From positions 1 to 64,000 of the IMG/VR virus record IMGVR_UViG_3300023174_000050: a DNA stretch of 64,000 nucleotides. The stretch is one strand, 5' to 3'. This stretch comes from a virus. Positions 55,190 through 64,000 of the stretch are shown one piece after another. Each line of letters starts with the position of its first letter. The first letter of the stretch is position 1. A program made the position numbers and the translations under genes. Below the pieces are notes generated by a model. The model did no database searches. It was not told where the DNA came from and was given only the letters and a program-made list of their open reading frames with translations.

Positions 55190-55379
55190 TCAATTTATTC
55201 TTGAAGCCAAATATCTAGATAATATCAAAAGAGTTAAACGTAAATATCTTGTTGGCGTATATGCTAATTTAGATAAAGTAGAGGAAGCTAAAAAGAACTT
55301 ACTTGCGGAAGAAACCAAGTATTCTTTGCGGTTTTCCATCATTCCTCACTTTAATCCCTTTCTCGAAAAAGTTGCTTGA
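55182..55379 (+). CDS. Hypothetical protein
   Basis: 65-aa coupled ORF. Confidence 0.5.
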   Translation: MYNQFILEAKYLDNIKRVKRKYLVGVYANLDKVEEAKKNLLAEETKYSLRFSIIPHFNPFLEKVA

Positions 55380-55404
55380 CTTCTTATCCAAATGGTGTTA
55401 TAAT
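55376..55404 (+). promoter_or_regulatory. Sigma70 promoter for ligase
   Basis: TTGACT-17-TATAAT. Confidence 0.78.
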
Positions 55405-55423
55405 AAGACATTAAGGAGCAAAC

Positions 55424-56758
55424 ATGAGCAACATCTACAATATTTTTGAACAATTAGCATCAGACAATTCTCGTCTTGTTAAGGAAGCAATTCTTATTAA
55501 GAATAAAACTAATTCTCTTCTTCAAAGAGTATTTTATTTGGCATTAGATCCCTTTGTTCAATTTTATATTAGAAAAATTCCTAGCTACGATACTGCATCT
55601 GAAATTAATCAGAAATCCTTGGAAGAAGGATTAGATCTTCTTAGTGTACTTTCAGATCGTGTCATGACAGGTAATAATGCAATTAATCATTTACAATTTA
55701 TTTTAGGATCGGTTAGTAAAGAAAATGCAAAAATCATTGAGCGTATTATTGCAAAAGACATGCGTTGCGGAGTCTCCGAGGCAACCGTTAATAAAATTTG
55801 GCCAGGAGCTATCTCGACATACCCAATTATGTTGGCTTCTGGATACGACCAAAAGCTCGTCAACAAAATTGAACTCCCGGCGTTCGTTCAACTCAAACTC
55901 GACGGCATGCGATTCAACGCAATCGTTAAAGGCGACACTGTAGAGTTTAGATCTCGCAATGGCAAAGAATTAAATATTCCTAATCAATCATTTTCGATTC
56001 CATTTATTAAGATGGCGGAAAAGTATGGTCAAGATATGGTGTTTGATGGTGAACTACTTATTGCAGACTTTGATGGCAAACCTGTCAACAGGCAAACAGG
56101 TAATGGCATTTTATCCAAAGCAATTAAAGGAACAATGAGTGAAACAGAAGCGTCTAATGTTCGAGCAACATTGTGGGATGTTATTCCGTACACCTCATTC
56201 ACTAAGGGTGAAGATAATACCCCATATAAGGATAGAATGTCGGGATTAGAAAACGCTATTACCTATGTTAATGATACTTTTAGACAATTTAGACATTACA
56301 TTAATTTAGCTTGGACTCAAGAAGTATCCACTCTTTATCATGCACATTCTATTTTTGAGAAATTTCTTTCGGATGGACAAGAAGGTATTATTTTAAAATC
56401 CAAAACAGGTATTTGGGAAGATAAACGATCTAAAGAACAAGTTAAATTCAAAGGTGAATTGGAATGCGATCTAGTTATTGTAGATTGGGAAGAAGGCACG
56501 GGTAAGAATAAAGGTAGACTAGGTGCATTGGTATGCGAATCCAGCGATGGGGTTATTCGAGTAAATGTTGGATCAGGTTATTCGGATGAACAACGAGGTG
56601 AATATACTTTTAGTAAAGTTGTAGGAAAAATTGCAACGGTGCGTTATAATGCTCGTATTAAAGAAAGATCTGGTGAAACAGAAAGCTTATTTCTCCCACG
56701 ATTTATTGAATTGCGTGAAGATAAAGATACCGCAGAACCTAGTAAATCTATCAAGTAA
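55424..56758 (+). CDS. gp30: ATP-dependent DNA ligase (gp30)
   Basis: KLDGMR, FDGEL, EGIILK, EGTGKNKGRLGAL, SLFLPRF. Confidence 0.96.
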   Translation: MSNIYNIFEQLASDNSRLVKEAILIKNKTNSLLQRVFYLALDPFVQFYIRKIPSYDTASEINQKSLEEGLDLLSVLSDRVMTGNNAINHLQFILGSVSKENAKIIERIIAKDMRCGVSEATVNKIWPGAISTYPIMLASGYDQKLVNKIELPAFVQLKLDGMRFNAIVKGDTVEFRSRNGKELNIPNQSFSIPFIKMAEKYGQDMVFDGELLIADFDGKPVNRQTGNGILSKAIKGTMSETEASNVRATLWDVIPYTSFTKGEDNTPYKDRMSGLENAITYVNDTFRQFRHYINLAWTQEVSTLYHAHSIFEKFLSDGQEGIILKSKTGIWEDKRSKEQVKFKGELECDLVIVDWEEGTGKNKGRLGALVCESSDGVIRVNVGSGYSDEQRGEYTFSKVVGKIATVRYNARIKERSGETESLFLPRFIELREDKDTAEPSKSIK

Positions 56759-56788
56759 TTATAAATATTTGGTAATGAGGACTTTACC

Positions 56789-57058
56789 ATGCCCGCAAAA
56801 ATTTATAAGTTTCCTGAAAGAAGAACGTATTACAGAGGTTATAAAATTCCACTTTATAATGAAGAGGAAATATTTTTAACTATTGTTGCTCTGAATCTTT
56901 TCGGCAATGTATTAGAAAAAGTTACCGAAAAGAATTTGGAAAGTTATGAACCCATGGAAGTGATTAAAGCATTAGTTGAGGCAAAATCCTGCAGTATATT
57001 TTCCCATAAAACTAAACAAACAATTGCGAGCATACTTAAATCTATAGAAGCATTGTGA
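56789..57058 (+). CDS. Hypothetical protein after late promoter (56760)
   Basis: TATAAATA, GAGG SD. Confidence 0.6.
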   Translation: MPAKIYKFPERRTYYRGYKIPLYNEEEIFLTIVALNLFGNVLEKVTEKNLESYEPMEVIKALVEAKSCSIFSHKTKQTIASILKSIEAL

Positions 57059-57603
57059 ATATATTTTACTTACATAATAATCCAGAAGAATGTGCAAAAT
57101 TGCACAATGATAAACACGTCGTAAAGATGATCCTCGAATATGCTCAACTTCTTTCTACTGCTCATAGGTTTCTTGATGGTGTTCAAGTTGTTGGTTTATC
57201 TCAATCTGGAAGAAAACAGACAAGATATGAACTTTCTGACAATCGTGATGGCATATTGTATCGTTCTACTCATATCAATCATCCTTCCGCAATATGGGTT
57301 AGAAAATCCCCTGAAAACTATATTTGGCTAGCTAATATGCTAATTGCCTTATGTGAAGAATATACTTATCGCTATGGTAAAACACATAAAGTAGAACGAG
57401 ATGGATTATGTTTTGTCTTGTTAAAAAATATTCCTAAAAACATAGGAAATGAAGGTTGGTCAGAACCAACCCCTGCCATGCCTGAAGAATTTAAGGTTTC
57501 TGGCGATTCTATACAGGCATATATAAATTATTATGTTGGTGCAAAAAAGCATCTTGCGAATTGGAAAAAACGAACTATACCATCTTGGTATGTATTTAAT
57601 TGA
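57055..57603 (+). CDS. Pyrimidine-dimer DNA glycosylase (DenV-like family)
   Basis: MNIF.L...HNDKHVVKMILEYAQLLSTAH; THINHPSAIW; QAY..YY. Confidence 0.7.
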   Translation: MNIFYLHNNPEECAKLHNDKHVVKMILEYAQLLSTAHRFLDGVQVVGLSQSGRKQTRYELSDNRDGILYRSTHINHPSAIWVRKSPENYIWLANMLIALCEEYTYRYGKTHKVERDGLCFVLLKNIPKNIGNEGWSEPTPAMPEEFKVSGDSIQAYINYYVGAKKHLANWKKRTIPSWYVFN

Positions 57604-57612
57604 AAGGTAATT

Positions 57613-58011
57613 ATGACAACAGACTCACACCGTGTACCAGTAGAACAAGGTTTTACAGATGATCGAGGTACAATTCTCCCCCTAACACACGGCGACGCTA
57701 ATGTCCAAATGATTTGGTCCAAGGCCGGTGCCCTTCGTGCTAACCATTATCATAAGACAGATACTCATACTTGTTATTTAGTAACAGGTGAAATGATGTT
57801 CTACTGGCGAAATCATGGTGAAGATACCATTCATCGCGAACATTTTACACAGGGCGATATGTTTAAAACTGGTCCATTGATCGATCATGAAATGGTGTTT
57901 GAAACTGATTCTACTATGGTCGTTATCTCAGAACACAAACGTGATGCTGATACTTATGATCAAGATATTGTAAAGATTGCTCCTCTTCATGAACAATATG
58001 TTGAAGTATGA
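57613..58011 (+). CDS. Cupin, NDP-sugar isomerase/epimerase-like
   Basis: FTDDRGTI, RANHYHK, H..YL..G. Confidence 0.75.
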   Translation: MTTDSHRVPVEQGFTDDRGTILPLTHGDANVQMIWSKAGALRANHYHKTDTHTCYLVTGEMMFYWRNHGEDTIHREHFTQGDMFKTGPLIDHEMVFETDSTMVVISEHKRDADTYDQDIVKIAPLHEQYVEV

Positions 58012-59140
58012 TATATGCCGTTGTTGCGGCAGTAAAAATTTAAACCATTGGTTATCGTTACCAAATTCTCCGGTAGCTAATGCGTTATTCTCAACCCCCG
58101 ATTTATATAGACATCCACTAGAATTAAATTCGTGTGATGACTGTGGACATCTTCAGTTAGCAAGTGCACCGGATCCAGACGATGTTTTTGCAGATTACAG
58201 ATATAAATCTGGGGTATCAAATTCTTTTAAAAATCATTTTAACAAATACGCATTTGATATCATTACACAATACGGTAAAGGCATTGACGGTGCGGTATTA
58301 GAAATTGGTAGTAATGATGGATACCTTTTAGAGCAGTTTAAAAAAATGAACTGTACAGTTCTTGGTGTAGAACCATCGAAACATCTAGTACAGGAACATG
58401 CCGACAAAGGCGTTGACGTTATATGTGATTTCTTTACTGTTGATCTTGTAGATAAACATTCTTTAAGAAATAAATTTGATATAGTATGTGCCAATAACGT
58501 ATTAGCACATATACCTGATACATTAGGTGTTGTACAAGCAATATCTTTATCATTACGTACAAATGGCATACTTGTCGCAGAGTGTGGTCATCAAGAAGGT
58601 ATTACGTCAGGTAAATACCTAGACAATGTCTATCACGAACATATAGATTACTATACTCCATATTCTTTCTCAAAATTATTAGAAAGAGCAGGATTAATTG
58701 TTGAGGATGTAACCATTATTGAAAGTCATGGTATTAGTTTTAGAATTGTTGCTCGTAAACGAACAGGAAATAATAAACTTACTCTTGAGAAGTTAGATTG
58801 GGATCTAAAACAAGCAGAAGTTGAAAATTATATCTCCGCGCGCGAAGATAAGATGCGAGCGCTAATAGGTGATAGGCCCTTTGTTGCATATGGTGCAGCT
58901 GCTAAAGCAGTAACATCATTATATACACTAGGATTAGTTAATAATAAACTAATTGGAGTAGTAGATGATAATGATCTTAAACAGGGATACTATTTCCCAG
59001 GTACAGACATATTAATTACTAATCCTGCGGATTTAGATAAAGACGCATTTGTAGTTGTAACTGCTTGGAATGTATTTTTAGATATTAAAGAAAAATTAGT
59101 TAGCAGAGGTCATCGAGGAGAAATTATCTGCATGCAATAG
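57998..59140 (+). CDS. SAM-dependent NDP-sugar C-methyltransferase
   Basis: CRCCGS...P.ANAL...C..CGHLQL Zn domain; VLEIGSNDG; ANNVLAH; YHEH..YY; YGAAAKA; DDN.LKQG..FPGT. Confidence 0.88.
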   Translation: MLKYDICRCCGSKNLNHWLSLPNSPVANALFSTPDLYRHPLELNSCDDCGHLQLASAPDPDDVFADYRYKSGVSNSFKNHFNKYAFDIITQYGKGIDGAVLEIGSNDGYLLEQFKKMNCTVLGVEPSKHLVQEHADKGVDVICDFFTVDLVDKHSLRNKFDIVCANNVLAHIPDTLGVVQAISLSLRTNGILVAECGHQEGITSGKYLDNVYHEHIDYYTPYSFSKLLERAGLIVEDVTIIESHGISFRIVARKRTGNNKLTLEKLDWDLKQAEVENYISAREDKMRALIGDRPFVAYGAAAKAVTSLYTLGLVNNKLIGVVDDNDLKQGYYFPGTDILITNPADLDKDAFVVVTAWNVFLDIKEKLVSRGHRGEIICMQ

Positions 59141-59871
59141 TTTATGGTACCGGCAAATGGGCGCAATTAATAGGATCTAAATTAAAGGCTTTAAAAGTTG
59201 TTCCTGTTTACGTGGGTAGCAGAGTATCACCTGAAGTAATATCCCGAGACGAAGTAAAAAAAACTTCTTATCGGGATTTGCCTGTTTTCATTGCATCGGC
59301 AACCGAAACACATTTAGATGATCTAAAACATTGCTTGTGTATTAATCCTTCTAAGATATTTGTAGAAAAAGGATTTTGTAATAATCAAGAAAGACAAGAA
59401 GCCAATAATATAATTGGTTCAATACCTTCATTTTTATTATCCCAACATAGATATTCTTCAATTTTTGATTTGTTTATGAGTTCACAAGATGTTAATAAGA
59501 TACATAAGTGTACATATACATGGAAAATTGAAAAAGATAGTGTTTCGGAATATCTTTACCATTTATCATCAATAGATGGATTCCTTAGAAGAAAAAAAAT
59601 CGAAATTTATAGTAATGAATTTGGCACCAATACAATAGATGATGTGTCAAGTTATAGTGTGGTAAAAAGTCCATACAGACTTTTTAAAATAAATATAGAG
59701 TCATCAGTATATGACGCTACTTTTAAAATAGGCATATATAACAGTATGAATATGCGACCAAAAAATAGTAAACAAAAAATTGTTATGACTGCGTATTCGG
59801 AGGATACTGTAGGAAAAATGATTTATAATACTTTAGAAGAAAATAGTAAAATTAAACTTGAGAGGATATAA
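59128..59871 (+). CDS. Gfo/Idh/MocA-like oxidoreductase (probable CTG start)
   Basis: Frame open upstream of track start to IVYGTGKWA Rossmann motif; FVEKG; GAGGAG SD 7 nt before CTG 59128. Confidence 0.55.
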   Translation: MHAIVYGTGKWAQLIGSKLKALKVVPVYVGSRVSPEVISRDEVKKTSYRDLPVFIASATETHLDDLKHCLCINPSKIFVEKGFCNNQERQEANNIIGSIPSFLLSQHRYSSIFDLFMSSQDVNKIHKCTYTWKIEKDSVSEYLYHLSSIDGFLRRKKIEIYSNEFGTNTIDDVSSYSVVKSPYRLFKINIESSVYDATFKIGIYNSMNMRPKNSKQKIVMTAYSEDTVGKMIYNTLEENSKIKLERI

Positions 59872-60869
59872 TGAATATTTTAATTTTAGGCGGCGATGGT
59901 TTTATTGGATATCACCTAAGTGAATCTATTTTAAAAGATGATAGATTTAAAGATAGTACAATCACATCAGTTGATTTGTATAATAATCGTATACATATGC
60001 TACCCGAAGATAAACGATTAGTTTTTCATCAGTTAGATGTGTTAAAAGATAAAAATGAGATTGATACTTTAATAGCAAAGTGTGATGTATTATTACCTTT
60101 TGTTGCTATTGCCACTCCTAAGTTGTATGTGGAACAACCCATGCGAGTATTTGAATTAGATTTTGAAGAAAATCTTCGCGTAATTAAACTTGCGCAAAAA
60201 CTAGGTAAAAGAGTCCTGTTTCCATCTACATCCGAAGTATATGGTAAGGGCCAGGCTCCGTTCGATGAAGAAACAACTGATTTAGTATATGGTCCCATTA
60301 AATATTCCAGATGGATTTATGCTTGTTCTAAACAATTATTAGATCGTGTTATTTTTGCGTTGGATCAACGAGAAGGTATGCGTTTTACTTTGTTTAGACC
60401 ATTTAATTGGGTAGGTCCATATTTGGATTCTTTAGAGGCAACATCTGAAGGTTCTTCTAGATTAATTACTCAGTTAATAGGCGATTCCTTACAACGAGGT
60501 GAACTTACATTAGTAGATGGTGGACATCAAAAACGATGCTTTACAGATGTGCGTGACGGTGTAGCTGCTCTTAAAGAAATTCTTTTGAACGAAGACAAAA
60601 CTCAGGGCAAAATTTATAATATTGGCAATCCGTGGAACAATCTATCAGTGCGCGAAGTATCCGTTTTATTAGTTGACAAATTAAAAGAACGAGGAATGGT
60701 TGAGAATGTAGATATTAAGGTAAAATCCAGCGGAGATTTTTACGGTGCGGGATACCAAGATGTAAGTAATCGAGTACCTAGTATTAATGCTATTGGCAAC
60801 GATTTAAATTGGACTCCTAAATATTCATTTACAGATTCATTAACAAATATTCTTGATTCTATCAAATAA
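59871..60869 (+). CDS. Stand-alone ArnA-type UDP-glucuronate oxidase/decarboxylase
   Basis: GGDGFIG; VAIATP..Y...P.RVFELDFEENL; FPSTSEVYG; RWIY..SKQLLDRVI; FRPFNW.GP; YG.GYQDV. Confidence 0.9.
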   Translation: MNILILGGDGFIGYHLSESILKDDRFKDSTITSVDLYNNRIHMLPEDKRLVFHQLDVLKDKNEIDTLIAKCDVLLPFVAIATPKLYVEQPMRVFELDFEENLRVIKLAQKLGKRVLFPSTSEVYGKGQAPFDEETTDLVYGPIKYSRWIYACSKQLLDRVIFALDQREGMRFTLFRPFNWVGPYLDSLEATSEGSSRLITQLIGDSLQRGELTLVDGGHQKRCFTDVRDGVAALKEILLNEDKTQGKIYNIGNPWNNLSVREVSVLLVDKLKERGMVENVDIKVKSSGDFYGAGYQDVSNRVPSINAIGNDLNWTPKYSFTDSLTNILDSIK

Positions 60870-60909
60870 AAAATCCTTTTGTAATATATAATGTATCAGG
60901 AGTTAATTA

Positions 60910-61167
60910 ATGCCTTTTTACGATCTTAAGTGTTCTGATTGTTCTAACATATTTGAGGTAATGTGTAAGTTTTCCGATAAGGAAAATCAACAATGCCCTT
61001 CCTGCAAATCATCAAACTACGAATCCCATCACACCTCAATGCAATTAGGTGATCCGGTACGTCTCGGCGTACGTACTATAGATAATGGGTTTCGAGAAGT
61101 GTTATCTAGGATTGGCGAAAGCAACGGTCGCCAGGCCAATCTTAAAGATAAATTGAGCAGACGCTAA
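60910..61167 (+). CDS. FmdB-family zinc ribbon protein
   Basis: MPFYDLKCSDC...FE...CPSC. Confidence 0.8.
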   Translation: MPFYDLKCSDCSNIFEVMCKFSDKENQQCPSCKSSNYESHHTSMQLGDPVRLGVRTIDNGFREVLSRIGESNGRQANLKDKLSRR

Positions 61168-61250
61168 TATATGATATTCCATTTTTTACTAACTCAGGGG
61201 GTCAATACTTAGCGATTGCCTCCTTACTTACTATTCTAAGAGGAAGCTAC

Positions 61251-62003
61251 ATGGCAAAAACAAGAACTAATGTTCAAACACAATCTAGTCAAACCCCTCA
61301 GTTAACGTTAGCAAATAACAAACTGAAATTATGTCTAGATGACATGAAAACAATAAAGCCATTAACAGAAAATCAGAAAGGATTCTTTGAAGCATACGAT
61401 AAATCTAAAGTAATGTTGTTGCACGGTGTTGCAGGAACAGGAAAAACTTATATTGCACTTTATCACGCATTGGAGGAAGTATTAGATAAACAAAATCAAT
61501 ATCAACGAGTAGTAATAGTAAGATCGGCAGTGCCGAGCAGGGATATAGGACATTTACCGGGGGACGAAAAAGAAAAGACAGAAGTATATACAGAACCATA
61601 TGTAGAAATATGTAAAGACTTATTCGATAGAACTGATGCATTTCAAAGATTGAGCGAGCAAAAAGCAGTTCAATTTATGATCACATCTTTTGTCAGAGGT
61701 ATAACTTTAAGTAATTCTATAATTTTAGTTGACGAATGCCAAAATATGACCGATATGGAATTAAATTCCATAATGACTAGAGTAGGCGTTAGATCTAAAA
61801 TTATATTTTGCGGAGATTTTAGACAAACCGATCTGTATAAGAAAACCGATATGTCTGGACTAAAGAAATTCATGGCTATCGCAGATATGATGCCTAGTTT
61901 TAAAACATTTGAATTTGGAATTGAAGATATAGTTAGATCCGCAATAGTTAAGGAATATATATTAGCAAGGCTAAAATATGAGAACCAATATGAATTGGCA
62001 TAA
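61251..62003 (+). CDS. phoH: PhoH-family ATPase
   Basis: PLTENQ, GVAGTGKT, RSAVPSRDIGHLPG, VRG, DECQN, GDFRQ.D, DIVRS. Confidence 0.95.
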   Translation: MAKTRTNVQTQSSQTPQLTLANNKLKLCLDDMKTIKPLTENQKGFFEAYDKSKVMLLHGVAGTGKTYIALYHALEEVLDKQNQYQRVVIVRSAVPSRDIGHLPGDEKEKTEVYTEPYVEICKDLFDRTDAFQRLSEQKAVQFMITSFVRGITLSNSIILVDECQNMTDMELNSIMTRVGVRSKIIFCGDFRQTDLYKKTDMSGLKKFMAIADMMPSFKTFEFGIEDIVRSAIVKEYILARLKYENQYELA

Positions 62004-62021
62004 CAACTATAAGGAGAATCT

Positions 62022-62648
62022 ATGAGTTTTGAGTTTGAATTCACAGAAGAAAAATTAAAGAAATGCGTATCGAAAAATAAAAATATTCATGATCTATACG
62101 AATCTTTGAATACTGTTTTACCTAAATACGATATAAACACCGTAGATAGAGTTGCGGCATTTCTTGCACAATGCGGACATGAATCTTTAGATTTTACTGT
62201 CCTGCAAGAAAATTTAAATTATGGTGCCAAGGGCTTACTGGGACTATTTAAAAAATATTTCCCAAATGAGGCATTGGCAAAAGAATATGAGAGAAAACCT
62301 GAAAAAATTGCAAATAAAATTTATGCAAACAGAATGGGGAATGGCCCCGAGTCGTCTGGCGATGGCTGGGCACACCGTGGGCGCGGGGCCATTCAACTTA
62401 CAGGTAAATTGAATTACCAAGCATTTGCAAACTCGATAGGGTTAACTTTAGAAGATGCAATACAATATTGTGAAACTATGGATGGTGCTATAGAATCAGC
62501 ATGTTGGTTTTGGAATAAAAATAAATTGAACGCAATTGCCGATAAAAATGATATTGTACTATTGACAAAAAAGATCAATGGTGGTACAATAGGTTTAGAA
62601 GACCGTAAAAAACATTGGGAACATAATAAAGAAGTTCTCGCAAACTAA
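62022..62648 (+). CDS. Glycoside hydrolase family 19 endolysin
   Basis: AAFLAQCGHES, ENLNY, IANKIYANRMGNG, RGRGAIQLTG, INGG.IGL.DR. Confidence 0.92.
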   Translation: MSFEFEFTEEKLKKCVSKNKNIHDLYESLNTVLPKYDINTVDRVAAFLAQCGHESLDFTVLQENLNYGAKGLLGLFKKYFPNEALAKEYERKPEKIANKIYANRMGNGPESSGDGWAHRGRGAIQLTGKLNYQAFANSIGLTLEDAIQYCETMDGAIESACWFWNKNKLNAIADKNDIVLLTKKINGGTIGLEDRKKHWEHNKEVLAN

Positions 62649-62663
62649 AAGGAAACTTATATT

Positions 62664-63014
62664 ATGAGTATGGAAAGTGATGTTAAAACATTTCTCGACG
62701 CTTGCGAACAAAAACCAAGCGTCGAGAATATTTTGCTTTATTATGATTTAATTAAGGAAGAATATAAAGAATTTTTAGACGCAGTCATTGCTGAAGATAA
62801 TATAGAACAACTTGATGCGTGTATGGATATGATCTGGGTTATACTTGGTTATTGCCATATGAAAGGTTGGAATATTCATGGTGCATGGAATGAAGTTGCA
62901 ACATCTAATCTTTGGAAAATTGATGCGAAGACAGGCAAGGTTATTCGACGCGAAGATGGTAAAATTTTAAAGCCAGAAGGTTGGACTCCTCCAGACTTAA
63001 CTAAATTTATATAA
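62664..63014 (+). CDS. MazG-like/all-alpha NTP pyrophosphohydrolase
   Basis: LIKEEYKEF, LDA..D...V, EV..SN..K, R.DGKILKP. Confidence 0.85.
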   Translation: MSMESDVKTFLDACEQKPSVENILLYYDLIKEEYKEFLDAVIAEDNIEQLDACMDMIWVILGYCHMKGWNIHGAWNEVATSNLWKIDAKTGKVIRREDGKILKPEGWTPPDLTKFI

Positions 63015-63667
63015 TGTTTAATCATGTGGAATGTGTGTTGCCCGCACTAAGTCGAGTTACTTCGGATGACGGTACCCGAGTATATCAAACACCGACAGGC
63101 AAAAAATATCCCTCTGTAACAACAGTAACAGGGTTATTAAAAAAACAAGCAATAATGGAATGGAGAAAACGTGTTGGCGAAGCGGAAGCCAATAAAATCT
63201 CAAGTACGGCTGCACGCCGAGGAACTCGTATTCATACTTTATGCGAAACTCATCTAAACAATATTCCAGTAGAATGTTCAATGTTTGATCTAGATTTATG
63301 GAATTCCGTTAAACCGCATCTGTCAAAAATAAATAATATATACGCGCTGGAAAAAACTCTTTATTCTGACCATTTACAAGTTGCGGGTACTGTGGATTGT
63401 ATTGCAGAATATGAAGGTAAGATGTCTGTTATAGATTTTAAAACATCTAAAAAAATAAAAACTAGAGATGACATTCATGATTATTTTATGCAATGTTCAG
63501 CATATGCAGTCGCATTTGAAGAAATGACAAAAATTCCAGTACCTCAAATAGTTATTATAATAGCAGTAGATGAATCCGAACCTTTAATCTTTATAGAAAA
63601 AAGAAATGCATGGATAGAAGGATTTAAAGATTTAAGATTAGAATATAAGAAATGGAAGGGTATATAA
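63014..63667 (+). CDS. PD-(D/E)XK exonuclease (Cas4-like)
   Basis: YPSVTTV, RGTRIH, AGTVDC, IDFKTS, Q..AYA. Confidence 0.88.
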   Translation: MFNHVECVLPALSRVTSDDGTRVYQTPTGKKYPSVTTVTGLLKKQAIMEWRKRVGEAEANKISSTAARRGTRIHTLCETHLNNIPVECSMFDLDLWNSVKPHLSKINNIYALEKTLYSDHLQVAGTVDCIAEYEGKMSVIDFKTSKKIKTRDDIHDYFMQCSAYAVAFEEMTKIPVPQIVIIIAVDESEPLIFIEKRNAWIEGFKDLRLEYKKWKGI

Positions 63668-64000
63668 TGTCTTTTAGTACAGATTTATATGAGGTAGTCC
63701 GAGGTGTTGTTTCTCCAGAATTATGCGAGCATCTCGATATACAATTTGAATTAGTAAAAAAATTAATGTATTTACAGGGCGGGCAAAGCGAAGAAAATAA
63801 ATTTATGTTTGGTGACGCGCAAGTTACAAATAGTTTTGCATATTACTCAGCTTTATGTTTTGAATCATTGTCATTACAACTACAACCCCTAATGGAAGAG
63901 ATTACAGGCAAATCTTTATATCCAACATATACATATGCAAGGATTTATTATAATGGTGCAGTTATGACTGAGCATACCGATAGACCCAGTTGCGAATATT
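63667..64000 (+). CDS. 2OG-Fe(II) oxygenase-like protein, 3'-truncated
   Basis: LYPTYTYARIY..G..M..HTDRPSCE; runs off window. Confidence 0.7.
   Translation, partial: MSFSTDLYEVVRGVVSPELCEHLDIQFELVKKLMYLQGGQSEENKFMFGDAQVTNSFAYYSALCFESLSLQLQPLMEEITGKSLYPTYTYARIYYNGAVMTEHTDRPSCEY

Noticed and set aside
59871-60869. Complete Ara4N/polymyxin-resistance operon
   Set aside because: No formyltransferase, ArnB, ArnC or ArnT in the window
1-64000. tRNA genes, introns/inteins, stop-codon reassignment
   Set aside because: No cloverleaf/T-loop motifs noticed; nrdA, nrdB, ligase and primase are uninterrupted and of normal length under the standard code

Overview
A 64-kb segment of a large, AT-rich T4-like (myovirus-type) bacteriophage; every credible gene is on the + strand. 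T4-like markers are primase gp61, ATP-dependent ligase gp30, RNase H, DsbA, NrdA/NrdB, dCMP deaminase, PhoH and TATAAATA late promoters. A spanin pair and proteobacterial-type IscU/ErpA/ArnA-like genes point to a Gram-negative, probably betaproteobacterial, host (inference). Layout: 1-13 kb replication and nucleotide metabolism, with an Fe-S assembly cassette (iscU, erpA, iscA, Cys-rich peptide, thioredoxin) between nrdA and nrdB; 13-31 kb a virion-accessory region with 10 complete glycine-rich (polyglycine-II, gp38-like) adhesin paralogs, an 11th truncated at the window start, plus LamG, IPT and Calx-beta modules; 31-46.5 kb an early region of small ORFs driven by consensus sigma70 promoters, several preceded by an ACCCT-N9/10-AGGGT palindrome, and containing a plcP-agt-like phospholipid-remodelling pair; 46.5-64 kb replication/repair genes, a nucleotide-sugar cluster (cupin, sugar C-methyltransferase, reductase, ArnA-type decarboxylase), PhoH and a GH19 endolysin. 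I saw no tRNA, rRNA, CRISPR array, integrase or reverse transcriptase. All calls come from motif recognition by eye; no database search was run.
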